This document shows, in pieces, positions 26,800 through 37,370 of a DNA stretch of 64,000 nucleotides. Origin of the DNA: Planctomycetota bacterium (GTDB taxonomy: Bacteria; Planctomycetota; PLA2; JAEUHO01); contig CBDCTJ010000007.1 in NCBI GenBank assembly GCA_965222115.1, positions 1,248,001-1,312,000 of the forward strand. The letters run 5' to 3'. The translations under genes and the position numbers were made by a program. The notes below the pieces were generated by a model. The model saw nothing but the letters and a program-made list of their open reading frames with translations. It was not told where the DNA came from and searched no databases. Positions within the stretch are counted from its first letter, which is position 1. Each line of letters begins with the position of its first letter.

Positions 26800-26971
26800 A
26801 TGAAATACGAAGTCGTGAAAGGGCGTACCGTGTCAGGACAAAATCCACTATCGTCCCGCGATCGTATGCTCTATATGCGCTCCCCTACACGCAGCCCCCT
26901 GCGCCTCTGCAACTTGGTGTCTTTGCGTGAGGCTAGACCTAGATGCGCACGACCTCAAACGAAGTGGCGCG

Positions 26972-29734
26972 CTATTGCTCCAGTGGATACACCACCCGAA
27001 TACCCGCTTGCGGATGCTTTTCGTTGGCGGCGACGACCATGGACGCACTCATGTCTATACGGCCCAGGGGAACACCGGCCGCGCCACCCATAAGGACGAT
27101 GGCTTCACCGTGTTCACACAGTTCGCGCGCGTTGCCAAGCATGTCGCGGATGCCGAAGGGGCTTTCATCGCGAGCGGCCACTCCGACACGGCGTAGTTTG
27201 TTGAGTGGGTTCCAGGCAGCTTCATCGTATTCGCCGTTCGGCGTAGTGAACCCAAGCGACGCGCCGGCCGCATAGATCCACTCGGCTACGGTGGGCAACC
27301 GGCATGCACGACGAACTTGGGTGCGACGCCACGTGAGGAATGCGCGCGCGTCGTCGGCGCTTACGCCGCGAACGGGCATCGATTCGTTGGTTCGCTCGTT
27401 GGCAAGTGTGACGGCGTGATTGTTCTCATCGTAGGTAAAGTTTACGGCGGGTACGCGCTCGGCACGCGCTGCGCCCTTCAAGCTGTGTAGAAACGACAAG
27501 TATTGACGACACGTGACCTCGTACGTGGCCATCCAGTAGCCCTTGAGGGATGCGAAGGGTGCGTCCAATTTTGTGCGCGGTAACGCGTGTTCGCTGGGAG
27601 TCACGATGCGTCGTGCGGACTCTGGCACGCCTTCCGTGATGTCGCCTGGAATGCGTACCGTCACCGTCTCGGGCGCTACGCCACCTTGGCGCACGCGAAA
27701 AGGCACCTGCACGGGAAGGGTGACGAACGCCTTCTTATTGGCATCAACGATCGTTGCTCCATACAGGCCGGGAAGCAGGCGATATGCCTGCGGCGGTCCT
27801 GCGTTTTCCGTTTTCGACTTGTCGCGTTCCAAGGGTGTGACCGCCGTGTCTTTTAAACGGTCCGATATCGTGACGGTAAATCCCCTCGGAACGTCGAATG
27901 CGAAGGTGCCTGGGTCGATTTGATTGCGCACATAGTGCACGCGTTGCGCGGTGGACACGACGCCCGATGTTTGAGGCTCGTTCGCCAACCAGGATTCGGC
28001 GCGGGCGACGTCGCGCAGGGCGCGCTCGTACCATGCGCGGTGTTCTGTAGGCGACAGGCGTTCGGCGGAAAGTCGTTGGCGAAGATGCGGGAGCCTCGTT
28101 TCGGTGGCTTTCACGATGCTGTTCGCTGCGGCTACGCGCGATGACGGTGCTCGCGGTACATCTCGCGTGAGGGCATAGGCGCCGGCGCCGCCCACGAGTA
28201 GGCCGACCAGTGCCAAGATGCCGGTGCCCATATGTTGTCGTATGGCACGGCGTGCATCGGCTTTGGCCGCGACCTTGCCGCCGCGTGCCGAGACGGCGCG
28301 TACCCGACTGCCGCCTAACCATGCCTCCAAGTCACTAGCGAATTGTCTTCCGTTGACGTAGCGACGCGCGGGATCACGTGCCATGGCTTTCACGATTACC
28401 GCCTTGACTTCTTCCGGTGTCTCATCGGGCAATGTGATGTAGTTGCCGCGGTGCGCATCGCGAATGATGTCGTCAACCGTGCGCAGCGATTCGTCTTGCA
28501 TGCGTTCAAGTTTGGAGCGGCACAACTCGGCCTTACTGTCGTCACCCGCGGCCTCGGCTTTGGCGAGCGTGCGCTGCATCTGCTCGATGCGTTTACTCAA
28601 CTCGGCGCGGCTAATGTTGGATGCGCCTGCAATGGGCGGCTCACCGGCACAGAGATAGAACAGGAGGGCGCCCAAACTCCATACGTCGGTGCGCGCGTGA
28701 CTGTCGCCTTGAACTTGCTCGGGCGGTAGGTAGCGCGGCGTGCCCACAATGCCCGCACCTTTCGCACTGGGCGCGCGGGCAATCTGCGAGCCGCCACCTT
28801 TGCGCTCTACCACGTCGCAGATGCCAAAATCAACCACGTACGGCCGGCCCGACGCGCCATCGATCAATACGTTTTCTGGTTTTAAGTCGCGATGGATGAC
28901 GCCGTTTTCGACATTGGCAACGTAAATGCCCTTGGAGATCGGTACCAGGATGTCCTTGACAAAATAGCGCAGCTCGCGCGAGTCGAGATGGCGGCGGGTG
29001 TCGCTCTCTTTGTCGTAACAAAGTGCGTCAACGCGTTGGCGAAGCGTGACGGGTTCGCGCAGCAGTTCCATTGTGAAATAGCTGCGATGGTCGGCGCTCA
29101 TGCCGCGATCAAAAACCGGCATAATGTTCGGATGGCGGATGTTGGCCTGTGCCTCGATCTCTCGTAGAAACCGTTGCTGAATGGTCTCGGAGGCGTCCGG
29201 TTTCAAGATCTTGTAGGCCACCTCGCGATTGGTGCTCGTGTCAAACGCGCGGAAGACTTCCGTCGTAGACCCGTCATAGATCTTGTCTCGTATCTCATAA
29301 CGGTTGGGATCGCTCGTTGGTGTCGCCTTCGGGGACCGTTGCTGCTTTGACGCGGAAGCGTTCGATGCAGATGGTTTCGACGCGTTAGATTTGGGACCGG
29401 GCTGCGTCGATGGACGCCCCTTTGCATCGCGTGACCCCCTTGTTGTGCGAGTCTTGCCCGGCGACGCCTTCGAACCACGTTTCATCGCGGTCCGTTCGTT
29501 TGTAGTTGGCTTTGAGGTGATCGACGTGGCCTTGGTCGGTGCATTCGTTGGCGCGATGGCTTCTGCGAAGAGTGCGCCATCTGGCTTTAGACCCACGGAC
29601 ATTTGGATGCCACATTGCGCGCACGTAGCGAGCATGCGTGCGGCGGGGTTTTCTTTGAGGGCGTCGATAGCTGCGCGGTGCTTTCGTCCACAGGCGGGGC
29701 AATAAAATGGAGGAGGTTTTTTCGCTTTGGACAC
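26972..29734 (-). CDS. Ser/Thr protein kinase with N-terminal Zn ribbon, TM helix and C-terminal FGE-sulfatase (SUMF1-like) domain
   Basis: CPAC/CAQC; VAYK, HRDLKPEN, DFG, GTPRY; TM; YEVT, PVRGVS, RLPTVAEW, GIRDMLGNARE. GTG 29734 follows GGGAG. Confidence 0.9.
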   Translation of the reverse strand: MSKAKKPPPFYCPACGRKHRAAIDALKENPAARMLATCAQCGIQMSVGLKPDGALFAEAIAPTNAPTKATSITSKPTTNERTAMKRGSKASPGKTRTTRGSRDAKGRPSTQPGPKSNASKPSASNASASKQQRSPKATPTSDPNRYEIRDKIYDGSTTEVFRAFDTSTNREVAYKILKPDASETIQQRFLREIEAQANIRHPNIMPVFDRGMSADHRSYFTMELLREPVTLRQRVDALCYDKESDTRRHLDSRELRYFVKDILVPISKGIYVANVENGVIHRDLKPENVLIDGASGRPYVVDFGICDVVERKGGGSQIARAPSAKGAGIVGTPRYLPPEQVQGDSHARTDVWSLGALLFYLCAGEPPIAGASNISRAELSKRIEQMQRTLAKAEAAGDDSKAELCRSKLERMQDESLRTVDDIIRDAHRGNYITLPDETPEEVKAVIVKAMARDPARRYVNGRQFASDLEAWLGGSRVRAVSARGGKVAAKADARRAIRQHMGTGILALVGLLVGGAGAYALTRDVPRAPSSRVAAANSIVKATETRLPHLRQRLSAERLSPTEHRAWYERALRDVARAESWLANEPQTSGVVSTAQRVHYVRNQIDPGTFAFDVPRGFTVTISDRLKDTAVTPLERDKSKTENAGPPQAYRLLPGLYGATIVDANKKAFVTLPVQVPFRVRQGGVAPETVTVRIPGDITEGVPESARRIVTPSEHALPRTKLDAPFASLKGYWMATYEVTCRQYLSFLHSLKGAARAERVPAVNFTYDENNHAVTLANERTNESMPVRGVSADDARAFLTWRRTQVRRACRLPTVAEWIYAAGASLGFTTPNGEYDEAAWNPLNKLRRVGVAARDESPFGIRDMLGNARELCEHGEAIVLMGGAAGVPLGRIDMSASMVVAANEKHPQAGIRVVYPLEQ

Positions 29735-29791
29735 CCGCGACTCCCTTGCCGAAAGCTGCACGTTCTACGATTGCACGAGCGTGGACCCTGG

Positions 29792-32700
29792 CTAACTGCT
29801 GCTTCCCAGGGTACCGGCGTCTGCAATCAGCGGCCACCAGAGGACGAAGGAACTGCCTTCGCCCGGCGCGGTCTTGACTTGGATGACGCCACCGCTGTCG
29901 TCAACGAAGCGTTTGACCATCGATAAGCCGAGGCCCATGCCCTTGGACTTGGTGCTGAAGTGGGGCTCAAAGAGTCTCTTGCGCGTTTCGTCGTCAATGC
30001 CTGTGCCGGTGTCGCGTATCGTCAGAAGCATGCCGGGTGCCGGCCCCATCGCTTCGTTCACGGCCCGCAGCTCAATCTCGCCCCCTCCCTTCATGGCCTG
30101 AATCGCATTTCGCACCAGGTTGATCAATACCCGACGAAACTCCTGCTCGTCCGCCATGAGGGGAGGCAAGTCCTCATCCACATGACAGTGAACGTTGATG
30201 CCTTCCGTCTTGCTTGCGGCGTAGAGCGCTGTGATGTCACGCACGACGGTGGGAACATCGATCCTGGTTTTTTCGCGCTGCGGCATGCGTGCAAAGTTGG
30301 CGAAGTCGCTGGCGATGCGTGACAAGTCTTCAATCTGGCGAAGTACAATCGGCGTGGTTCGCTTTAGCGCTTCCTTGGCGCGCGTAGGATCCTCGCGAAT
30401 GTCGGCTTCGAGTTGTTGAATCATGAGGCGCATCGGCGTGAGCGGGTTCTTGATTTCGTGGGCCACTTGACGCGCCATTTCCCGCCACACCGCTTCGCGT
30501 TCAGCGCGCACCGCTCGATCCGTCGTTGAACGCAACTCTTCGGTCATTTTGTTGAACGAGCGCACCAGTTCACCGACTTCGTCGCCACCGCCCTCCGGCA
30601 GTTTGACGTCGAGATCGCCGCCGGCCACGCGTTTGGTGCCTTGCGCCAAGAGCTGCATGGGCCTCGCAATACTTCGCGCGGCGACCATGCCACCGAGAAG
30701 AACCAAGACCATTGTGAGCAAGTACCCGGCAAGCAACACGCTGCCCGTCACCGACAGTTCCTCGTCCATGCGATCGCGATCGTAGAGCAGCGGAACGCCG
30801 ACCACCGCGCGTGTGCGTCCTCGTCCATCCAACACGGGCGCATAACCAAACCAAACCGGGCGTCCCGCGTAGTCGGCCTGCTTCTGAACAATCTGTCGCT
30901 GATCCAAGTGCGTGGCGCGAAACACTTCGGGGGGTAAGCGGGGTGAGAGCAGTTCAGCGCGGACCAACCCAATGCGACTTGAGGCTTCCAAGTAGCCGCC
31001 GCGATAGAGCAACACATCGTGTCGTCGCTCCATCGCGCCACGTTCCAGGTGATCGTTGTCGGCCGTGGAAAAGAGCGACGTGCCCATGCGTTCAAATTCG
31101 GTGCGCACACGCGCGAGATCGGTGGCGATGCGTTGACTCATGCGCGCCTCGAAGCGTCCTTTGGTGTCGCGCGCGCTCGCCAGTCCAAGCAAGACGAGTG
31201 GAATGATCGAAATCAAAAAGTAGCTGAGCAGAATCTTGTGATGCATGCGCCACGTGAAGCCGCGCATGGTGGCGACCCACCAAAGAAGTGCAATCACCGC
31301 ACCCATGCCGACGCCCACTAGCAACACGCGCGCAAGTGCCAAGAGAATTTGGCCGCCGCGCGGCTTGGGTGCCTTCACCGCCACCGCGTGCCCGCGTGCT
31401 TCGTTCCATACGGCGTATCCGAACGACTCATCATCCTGCCAGGCCAGAGGTTCCGTGCCCTCGGTAAGCGCGTTCAGTGCGTCGGGACCGAACTGCCCTT
31501 CGCGACGCGCAATCGTTGGATCGTTGCAAACCTCCACTCGCCCATTGCGCAACAACGCGAACTGCAGTCGATGGACGTAGGACAAAGGAAAATCGGAAAG
31601 CATGGTGCGTGTGAGCACTTGCTCGCCGAGTGGTCGCAGCTTGAGATCGAGCAAATCCGGAACCGTGATCACCGCATGTCCCACGACATCGCCCGCGGGA
31701 TTGCGAAGACGGGTGCGCCCTACAATGCTGCGAATGCGATTTCGCTCGCGGCGCGCGGTAAAGACCTCCACGTCGTTGTCTTTGCGCGTGGGGGGCTTGG
31801 GCGTGGGAATCATGCGTCGCGGAATGGCCGACAACGTAAACGCGTCGATCTCGCGCCCTTCGCGATCGAGAATCGTGACGACACTTGGTAGTTCACTCTC
31901 CAGTAGGTCGCTGCGCTGCCACACGTGCAGGGCGAGGCCCTCTTCCGGCGTTTCATTTTGCGCGCGTTCCAGCGCGCGAATCAACTCGTCGTTTCGGCGC
32001 GCGTCTTCCAGCGCGAACTCGATTTCCGAGCGTGCACGGTCTTCGGCGCGCACAAGTTCTTTGACTTCACGACCCAGGGCTTCGGCGTCCCGATAGCCGA
32101 CGTGCGCGAAGAGAACGGGAAATGCCAAGACCGTGCCCAAGACACTCGTGAGCAAGATGCGGCTCGGCAGCGCGACCCGTGAGCGCGACGTGTCCACCCG
32201 CGCCATCCACGCCGCCAAGAGCGACATCGCAAAGACGACGGGACGCGCTTGAAGCGCATCGGTACTGAGAAACCACGCAACCGCGCCGGCAAGCAGGCCC
32301 ATGACGATGCGCGCGATCCAGCGGGGGCGCACCACATTGCAGGCAAGCGCGCGATCGAGCAGCGCTTCGACGGCCACCAAGGCCCCTGCCGTGCTCGCAA
32401 CCACGGCAAAGAGCATGAGCGACGCGGTGGCACTCGGCCAAAATGAATCGGTGCGGAAGAATGCGATCTCACCGCCGCGCACCGCCGCAATCACGACCGT
32501 GATCCACAGCGCGATGAGTGTGCCCGCGACGGCGGTTGATCCGAGAGCGATCGCGAAGCGACCAAAGCCTTGCGACGATGGCCTGACATACTGACGGATG
32601 GCAGCGCGAAAGAAGGCCGCAACAAGTACGTAGGCAATGGAGGTCAACGCAAAGTCGGCCGGCGAACTCAACCACCCCAGTGGCGTGTCGATCGCAAACG

Positions 32701-33604
32701 CGTTTGGCGAAAACACGGTGCCCGGTGTCGAGAAACGATGCGGTAAGTCGATCAAACGAATTGCAGCGCGCGCGGCGAGCACCAGGACGATGCCCAGCAA
32801 CCAGCGCGCGCGGCCCAACCGTTTCGCGCGTACGAGTGCCACGCATCCCGCCGCCACGAGTGTGGCAAGTAGCAGAAGAAGCATGATCCCGATGCGTTGA
32901 TCGTGCTCACCTTGCAGGCGCTCGCGAATGGCCTCGCGTTCCAGATCGTGAAGATGTACTTCAACGGCAGGCGCATTGTTCCACGCGACTTCCGCTTGAA
33001 TCACGGGCGACGTCGCGTCTGCGTCCACGACGGAACCCGGCGGCCGTAGTTCTACCGCCCAAAGCGAAAGCGGTTGTAGCCAGCGATCCGTAAATGCGCG
33101 CTTGGCACCATCCTCGGGTGCCAGTTCTTCGAGCACGACCGACGCGGTGGCATACCCCCCTTGAATCTCGCGTGGGCCAACGAGCAAGGCGCGGACAAAG
33201 GGTCCTTCCTGATAGGTCACGTTGCCCGTGCGAAACGAACCGGACCATGCATGGGATGCCGGGAGGGATCGCGCTTCCACGGGTCGTCCGGCCCATGCGG
33301 CGTCCCCGCCGGGACCTTCCCACATGAGGCCCGAGACATCGTGTGCGTGTCGCACCGATTCCACCACGTCGAACTGCGCGTCCTGTGTGGCGGGTGCGCT
33401 TTCGTGTTCGAATCGTTTGGCGAGGTCGTCAAGGGACGCTGAGGCGCGTCGAATCATCGATTCGAGTTCCGCGCGTATGGTGTCGGCGCGCACATTCTTG
33501 GTGCGACGAATCTCTTGCTCGACGTCGTCGTCGCTTACGCCGCAGCCCACGCAGAGGGTGGTGCATAGAACGACGCCAAGCAACGCAAACCAACGTTGCC
33601 CCAT
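29792..33604 (-). CDS. Large multi-TM HAMP sensor histidine kinase (NtrY-like)
   Basis: HAMP, AHEIKNPLTP H-box, NLVRNA, DTGTG and FSTKSKGMGLGL. Start uncertain (33604 or 33673). Confidence 0.9.
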   Translation of the reverse strand: MGQRWFALLGVVLCTTLCVGCGVSDDDVEQEIRRTKNVRADTIRAELESMIRRASASLDDLAKRFEHESAPATQDAQFDVVESVRHAHDVSGLMWEGPGGDAAWAGRPVEARSLPASHAWSGSFRTGNVTYQEGPFVRALLVGPREIQGGYATASVVLEELAPEDGAKRAFTDRWLQPLSLWAVELRPPGSVVDADATSPVIQAEVAWNNAPAVEVHLHDLEREAIRERLQGEHDQRIGIMLLLLLATLVAAGCVALVRAKRLGRARWLLGIVLVLAARAAIRLIDLPHRFSTPGTVFSPNAFAIDTPLGWLSSPADFALTSIAYVLVAAFFRAAIRQYVRPSSQGFGRFAIALGSTAVAGTLIALWITVVIAAVRGGEIAFFRTDSFWPSATASLMLFAVVASTAGALVAVEALLDRALACNVVRPRWIARIVMGLLAGAVAWFLSTDALQARPVVFAMSLLAAWMARVDTSRSRVALPSRILLTSVLGTVLAFPVLFAHVGYRDAEALGREVKELVRAEDRARSEIEFALEDARRNDELIRALERAQNETPEEGLALHVWQRSDLLESELPSVVTILDREGREIDAFTLSAIPRRMIPTPKPPTRKDNDVEVFTARRERNRIRSIVGRTRLRNPAGDVVGHAVITVPDLLDLKLRPLGEQVLTRTMLSDFPLSYVHRLQFALLRNGRVEVCNDPTIARREGQFGPDALNALTEGTEPLAWQDDESFGYAVWNEARGHAVAVKAPKPRGGQILLALARVLLVGVGMGAVIALLWWVATMRGFTWRMHHKILLSYFLISIIPLVLLGLASARDTKGRFEARMSQRIATDLARVRTEFERMGTSLFSTADNDHLERGAMERRHDVLLYRGGYLEASSRIGLVRAELLSPRLPPEVFRATHLDQRQIVQKQADYAGRPVWFGYAPVLDGRGRTRAVVGVPLLYDRDRMDEELSVTGSVLLAGYLLTMVLVLLGGMVAARSIARPMQLLAQGTKRVAGGDLDVKLPEGGGDEVGELVRSFNKMTEELRSTTDRAVRAEREAVWREMARQVAHEIKNPLTPMRLMIQQLEADIREDPTRAKEALKRTTPIVLRQIEDLSRIASDFANFARMPQREKTRIDVPTVVRDITALYAASKTEGINVHCHVDEDLPPLMADEQEFRRVLINLVRNAIQAMKGGGEIELRAVNEAMGPAPGMLLTIRDTGTGIDDETRKRLFEPHFSTKSKGMGLGLSMVKRFVDDSGGVIQVKTAPGEGSSFVLWWPLIADAGTLGSSS

Positions 33605-33632
33605 CGCGCTGTGTCCCGCCGTGCGGTTGGTC

Positions 33633-34190
33633 TTAGCGCTTACGCGGCGGTTTTTGCTCCGTGATCGCGGCAAGGACCCATCCCTTTGGCGTCTTTTGCA
33701 CTTGGACGGTGAGATGCGTCGTCACCGTATTGCCTCGACGAAGGCGATAGGTGTATTTGTACTTGCGCACGGTCGGCGTTGCACGCGGAGGCTTTTGTCC
33801 CGGGCGAGGTGGCTTGGGCAATAGGCGCACGAGGCCTCGCCGGGTTGTTTGCGAGAAGTAACTGGAGAGCGCACGCAGCGCCTGATTCTTGCCGAAGTTG
33901 GCATCGATGGGCCGCGCGCCAACGCCTGGATGCAGGAGGCGCACGCGAACAGTGCCCTTCTTGGGCATACATCCCACAACGCCTTGAGCTTGTCCGGCTC
34001 GCCACGCTCGCTCAAAGCGCGCAAAGCACGCAGCCGTGGCTTGTTCGATGGTGGGCGGCCGTATGGGGGGCGCGGGTGACTTGGGGGCTGGTGGAGCCGG
34101 CACACTCGGCGCAGTACCTCGCGCGAACGCATTGGAACTCGCAGTCACGGCGGCGAGCGCTACGCACAGTGCCATGGCCACCTTCCCCAT
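33633..34190 (-). CDS. Secreted protein, DUF4783/NTF2-like
   Basis: Signal peptide ending AFA, Pro linker, FERAWRAG...FGKNQALRALSSYF...WVLAAI. Start uncertain. Confidence 0.55.
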   Translation of the reverse strand: MGKVAMALCVALAAVTASSNAFARGTAPSVPAPPAPKSPAPPIRPPTIEQATAACFARFERAWRAGQAQGVVGCMPKKGTVRVRLLHPGVGARPIDANFGKNQALRALSSYFSQTTRRGLVRLLPKPPRPGQKPPRATPTVRKYKYTYRLRRGNTVTTHLTVQVQKTPKGWVLAAITEQKPPRKR

Positions 34191-34454
34191 CGCGATCGTC
34201 GACCCGCGAAGCTTCCACGCAGCACGCGGCGTGACGCGAGCAAAGGTTGGCGCGCGGCGAGCACTGCTTCGGCTGTAGTGGTCTTGGACGAGAGGCACAC
34301 GGGACTCCGGGGACGAGGCAACGTGTCGCAAATGCAGGGCCAGCTCGCAAACGCGAATTAGACGGGCAATTCGGCCAAAGTGCCCCCTCAAGGGGACAGT
34401 CTTGTCTACAGATGGGGACGTCGAACGACGGGCATACGTTCGTATGGTTTAGCT

Positions 34455-35369
34455 ATGGAAGCATCGTCCCAGCCTAGGACTCAGCATCCGCGTGGGGCAC
34501 CCCACCGCCACGCCTCGGGTCGCAACGAACGAGCGGTAGGCTACGCGGCGTTGCTGACCGGCACGTTTTTCGTGGCCGAAGTTGTGGGTGGCTTGATCTC
34601 GGGCTCACTCGCGCTATTGGCAGACGCTGGACATATGTTGACCGATGTAGCGGCGTTGTCGCTCGCATGGACTGCCTTTCGCTTAGCCAAGCGGCCGCCC
34701 GATGCCAAACGAAGTTACGGTTTCGATCGCTTCTCGGTACTTGCCGCGTTTGTCAATGGGTTGACACTCTTTGTTGTTGTCGGATGGGTGGTCGTGGAAG
34801 CCATCAAACGACTACTCAGTCCGGGGCCCGTGATGGGTGGCGTCATGCTCGGTGTGGCTGTGCTTGGACTGCTGGTGAACGTAGTTTGCTTTCGGATTCT
34901 GACGCGCGGCGATTCAAACAACCTGAACGTGCGTGCTGCCGTATTGCATGTGGTAGGTGACATGCTGGGCTCGTTCGCGGCGATTGCGGCGGCCGTGGTC
35001 ATTATGCTCACAGGATGGATGCCGATTGATCCCATCCTTTCTGTCGTTGTTGCCCTGATTATCTTGCGTTCCGCGTGGCGCGTGACCGGCGAAAGTGCGC
35101 ATGTGTTGCTCGAAGGGGCGCCTAAGGGACTTGAAGATGGCGCCATTGCAGCTTCGCTGGAAGCGCTAGATGGTGTGGAGGATATTCATCATATCCATGC
35201 GTGGTCTATCACCGACGAGCGCCCTATGGTGACGTTGCATGCGCGCATATCGGATGGCGTGTCCATGGACGACGTGCGGCGTCGCATCCGCGAGCACTTG
35301 GTCCAAGAGTTTGGCTTCGACCACGCAACCATTGAGATCGAGCGCGGGGCGTGCGGCCACGAAGAGTGA
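34455..35369 (+). CDS. Cation diffusion facilitator (CzcD/ZitB-like Zn/Co/Cd exporter)
   Basis: SLALLADAGHMLTD, NVRAAVLHVVGD, IHHIHAW and HATIEIE motifs. Confidence 0.95.
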   Translation: MEASSQPRTQHPRGAPHRHASGRNERAVGYAALLTGTFFVAEVVGGLISGSLALLADAGHMLTDVAALSLAWTAFRLAKRPPDAKRSYGFDRFSVLAAFVNGLTLFVVVGWVVVEAIKRLLSPGPVMGGVMLGVAVLGLLVNVVCFRILTRGDSNNLNVRAAVLHVVGDMLGSFAAIAAAVVIMLTGWMPIDPILSVVVALIILRSAWRVTGESAHVLLEGAPKGLEDGAIAASLEALDGVEDIHHIHAWSITDERPMVTLHARISDGVSMDDVRRRIREHLVQEFGFDHATIEIERGACGHEE

Positions 35370-35370
35370 G

Positions 35371-35718
35371 TTACGCCGTGCGACCTTCCGCCTTGGCGCG
35401 CCGTTCCGCGTCGGCGTAGCGCTTGCGCACGACTGGCAACAGGCCGCCCATTACGGGAGTGAGTACGCCACCAATCAACAAGAGTGGAAAGTACACTTGG
35501 TGTGGTTGCTCCAATAAGACGGCAGTCATGCCAGCGACTAGCGCAACAATCCCGATTCCCAGTAAGCACATGTGCGCGGCCATCATAACGCCTCGAGCTC
35601 TTCCTTTTGGCGCCAGCACACCCATGAGCGCACCATAGATTCCGCAAATCGAACCCAGTCCCGCACCACCAATGGCGCCGATGTACGTGCCTGCTGTTTC
35701 GCTCCACCAAGGTGTCAT
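35371..35718 (-). CDS. Small membrane protein with three TM helices
   Basis: MTPWWSETAG start after AGAAGGG, three hydrophobic helices. Confidence 0.7.
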   Translation of the reverse strand: MTPWWSETAGTYIGAIGGAGLGSICGIYGALMGVLAPKGRARGVMMAAHMCLLGIGIVALVAGMTAVLLEQPHQVYFPLLLIGGVLTPVMGGLLPVVRKRYADAERRAKAEGRTA

Positions 35719-35735
35719 TGAATTGCGCCCTTCTC

Positions 35736-37295
35736 TTATTTTCGAACGATCAACGGCTCGCCGTCGATACGCCACCGCGCGGCGTCACCGGCGCGTACAT
35801 CATAGGACGTGTCGCGGGCGATGTTTTGACCGTCTGTGGCGTGATAAATCACCCATGCCTGCCCATCGCGCGTGATACCTCCCGTACCCATACGAAATGA
35901 AACCCGCTCGCCTTGCTTCGGCTCAAGCCAGATGGAGCGATCGCCTCCCTGCTGGTGCGCCTTGAGTGCGGCAAAGTTGCCGTCGTAATCTCTCACACGC
36001 GCCAACAAGCGACCGGCCGGCAACTTGAACGAGCCCAACAATTGCTTTCCGACCGTGCTATCCGACCACGTGAAGTCAACAAGGGTCACGGCCCCGTGCT
36101 TCATTGTCGGTGCGCTTGGCTCGCGCTTCATGTGTGCGCCAAAGCGATCCGATAGTTCGACGGTCGAGTACGGGTTTCGATGCCCAAAGATGTCTCGCTT
36201 GCCACGCGAACCGCATTGCCGAACGCCGATCGTTCTCGCAGCGTCTGCTTCGGACCAGTCGTTCACCGTCAGGACATGCGTCACAAGCCCAAAGATGCGA
36301 GGCCCATACGTGTTCTGACCGAGCGTTGAGTAGTTGAGTCGCCGCCACCGGCCGCCAACGAATACTTCGTTGAATGTGTGGCCAGCCCACGTACTGCCAA
36401 GGGCGCCCAGTGCTTTCCCTAGCGTCTCGCGCACGCGCTCGTGACGAAGTCCACCCAGCATGGCGAGTTCATCCTTGTCCGAAGCGTCGATGACGGGAAT
36501 GCAATAGACGATGCGGGTGGGGATGCCAATCGCGCGCAGCATGCCTGTCAAGTAGATGGCCGTGGACGTGCAGCTACCCGACGTACCATTCTCAAACATC
36601 GATTGGGCGAACAGATCGCGCGCCCATTGCTCTTCGGGCGAGCGCTTGCCGCGATTATAGCCCTGCATGCCCGACATGCAGCCGGGACAGATAGCAGGTT
36701 TGCCGTCTGCGAAGTGGGTGAAGTAGCCCGTAAACGCTTCGCTGCGTGTGTCCACGCGCTTGAGTAGCCAAGGAGTGGCCTTTTCGACCAACGTTTTGTC
36801 ATCCAACGCCGCTACGTCAATGCCGTCTTCGGCCAGAAGATCAACGAGTTTCTTCGAGAGCGTTTCATCGAAATTGGAAGTGAGCGTGGAGGATGTTTCT
36901 TCTTTAAAACGTTTGGACGTTTCGCGCCACTGTGCGTCGCCCTTGATTGCTTTCGCTACGGTATTCAGTGGATAGTGAACCACTTCGAGCTTGACCCACG
37001 TGTCGGTGCGCTCAAGCTCGCGCGCGTCTTGGTAGTCGTCGTTTAGGTTGCGACTCACCGGCAGCATAACGCGAGTGATCGTACGAATGGTGTAGGCGTA
37101 TTCCCGCCGCTCATCCCAGTCGCCATCGGGCGTTCCGTCACCATCGGAGTCCTTTGCTTTGGGATTGGTGAAGTACTTATGCGTTTCCTGAAAGTCACTC
37201 AGACCGTCGCCGTCTGAGTCAATATTGCTATCGGCGTATGCAAGCGGCGCGAATGCCACCATGAAAATCACAGTAGAAGATAGCCACTTGCGCAT
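35736..37295 (-). CDS. Secreted transglutaminase-like protein with Ca-binding DxDGDG repeats
   Basis: GGAGG RBS, signal peptide ending AYA, DSDGDG x2, GSCTS...LRAIGIPTR, HTFNEV and WRRLN. Confidence 0.82.
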   Translation of the reverse strand: MRKWLSSTVIFMVAFAPLAYADSNIDSDGDGLSDFQETHKYFTNPKAKDSDGDGTPDGDWDERREYAYTIRTITRVMLPVSRNLNDDYQDARELERTDTWVKLEVVHYPLNTVAKAIKGDAQWRETSKRFKEETSSTLTSNFDETLSKKLVDLLAEDGIDVAALDDKTLVEKATPWLLKRVDTRSEAFTGYFTHFADGKPAICPGCMSGMQGYNRGKRSPEEQWARDLFAQSMFENGTSGSCTSTAIYLTGMLRAIGIPTRIVYCIPVIDASDKDELAMLGGLRHERVRETLGKALGALGSTWAGHTFNEVFVGGRWRRLNYSTLGQNTYGPRIFGLVTHVLTVNDWSEADAARTIGVRQCGSRGKRDIFGHRNPYSTVELSDRFGAHMKREPSAPTMKHGAVTLVDFTWSDSTVGKQLLGSFKLPAGRLLARVRDYDGNFAALKAHQQGGDRSIWLEPKQGERVSFRMGTGGITRDGQAWVIYHATDGQNIARDTSYDVRAGDAARWRIDGEPLIVRK

Positions 37296-37370
37296 ATGTG
37301 CCTCCAGTGAGAGGATAACACATTGGGGAGCGAACGAGAGAAGCGCGCAACGATGCTCTCGCAATCCGCG

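Noticed and set aside
24200-26970. Integron or prophage around the low-GC patch
   Set aside because: No integrase, attC-like sites or phage genes.
26972-27600. Diversity-generating retroelement targeting the FGE/CLec domain
   Set aside because: No reverse transcriptase and no template/variable repeat pair in the window.
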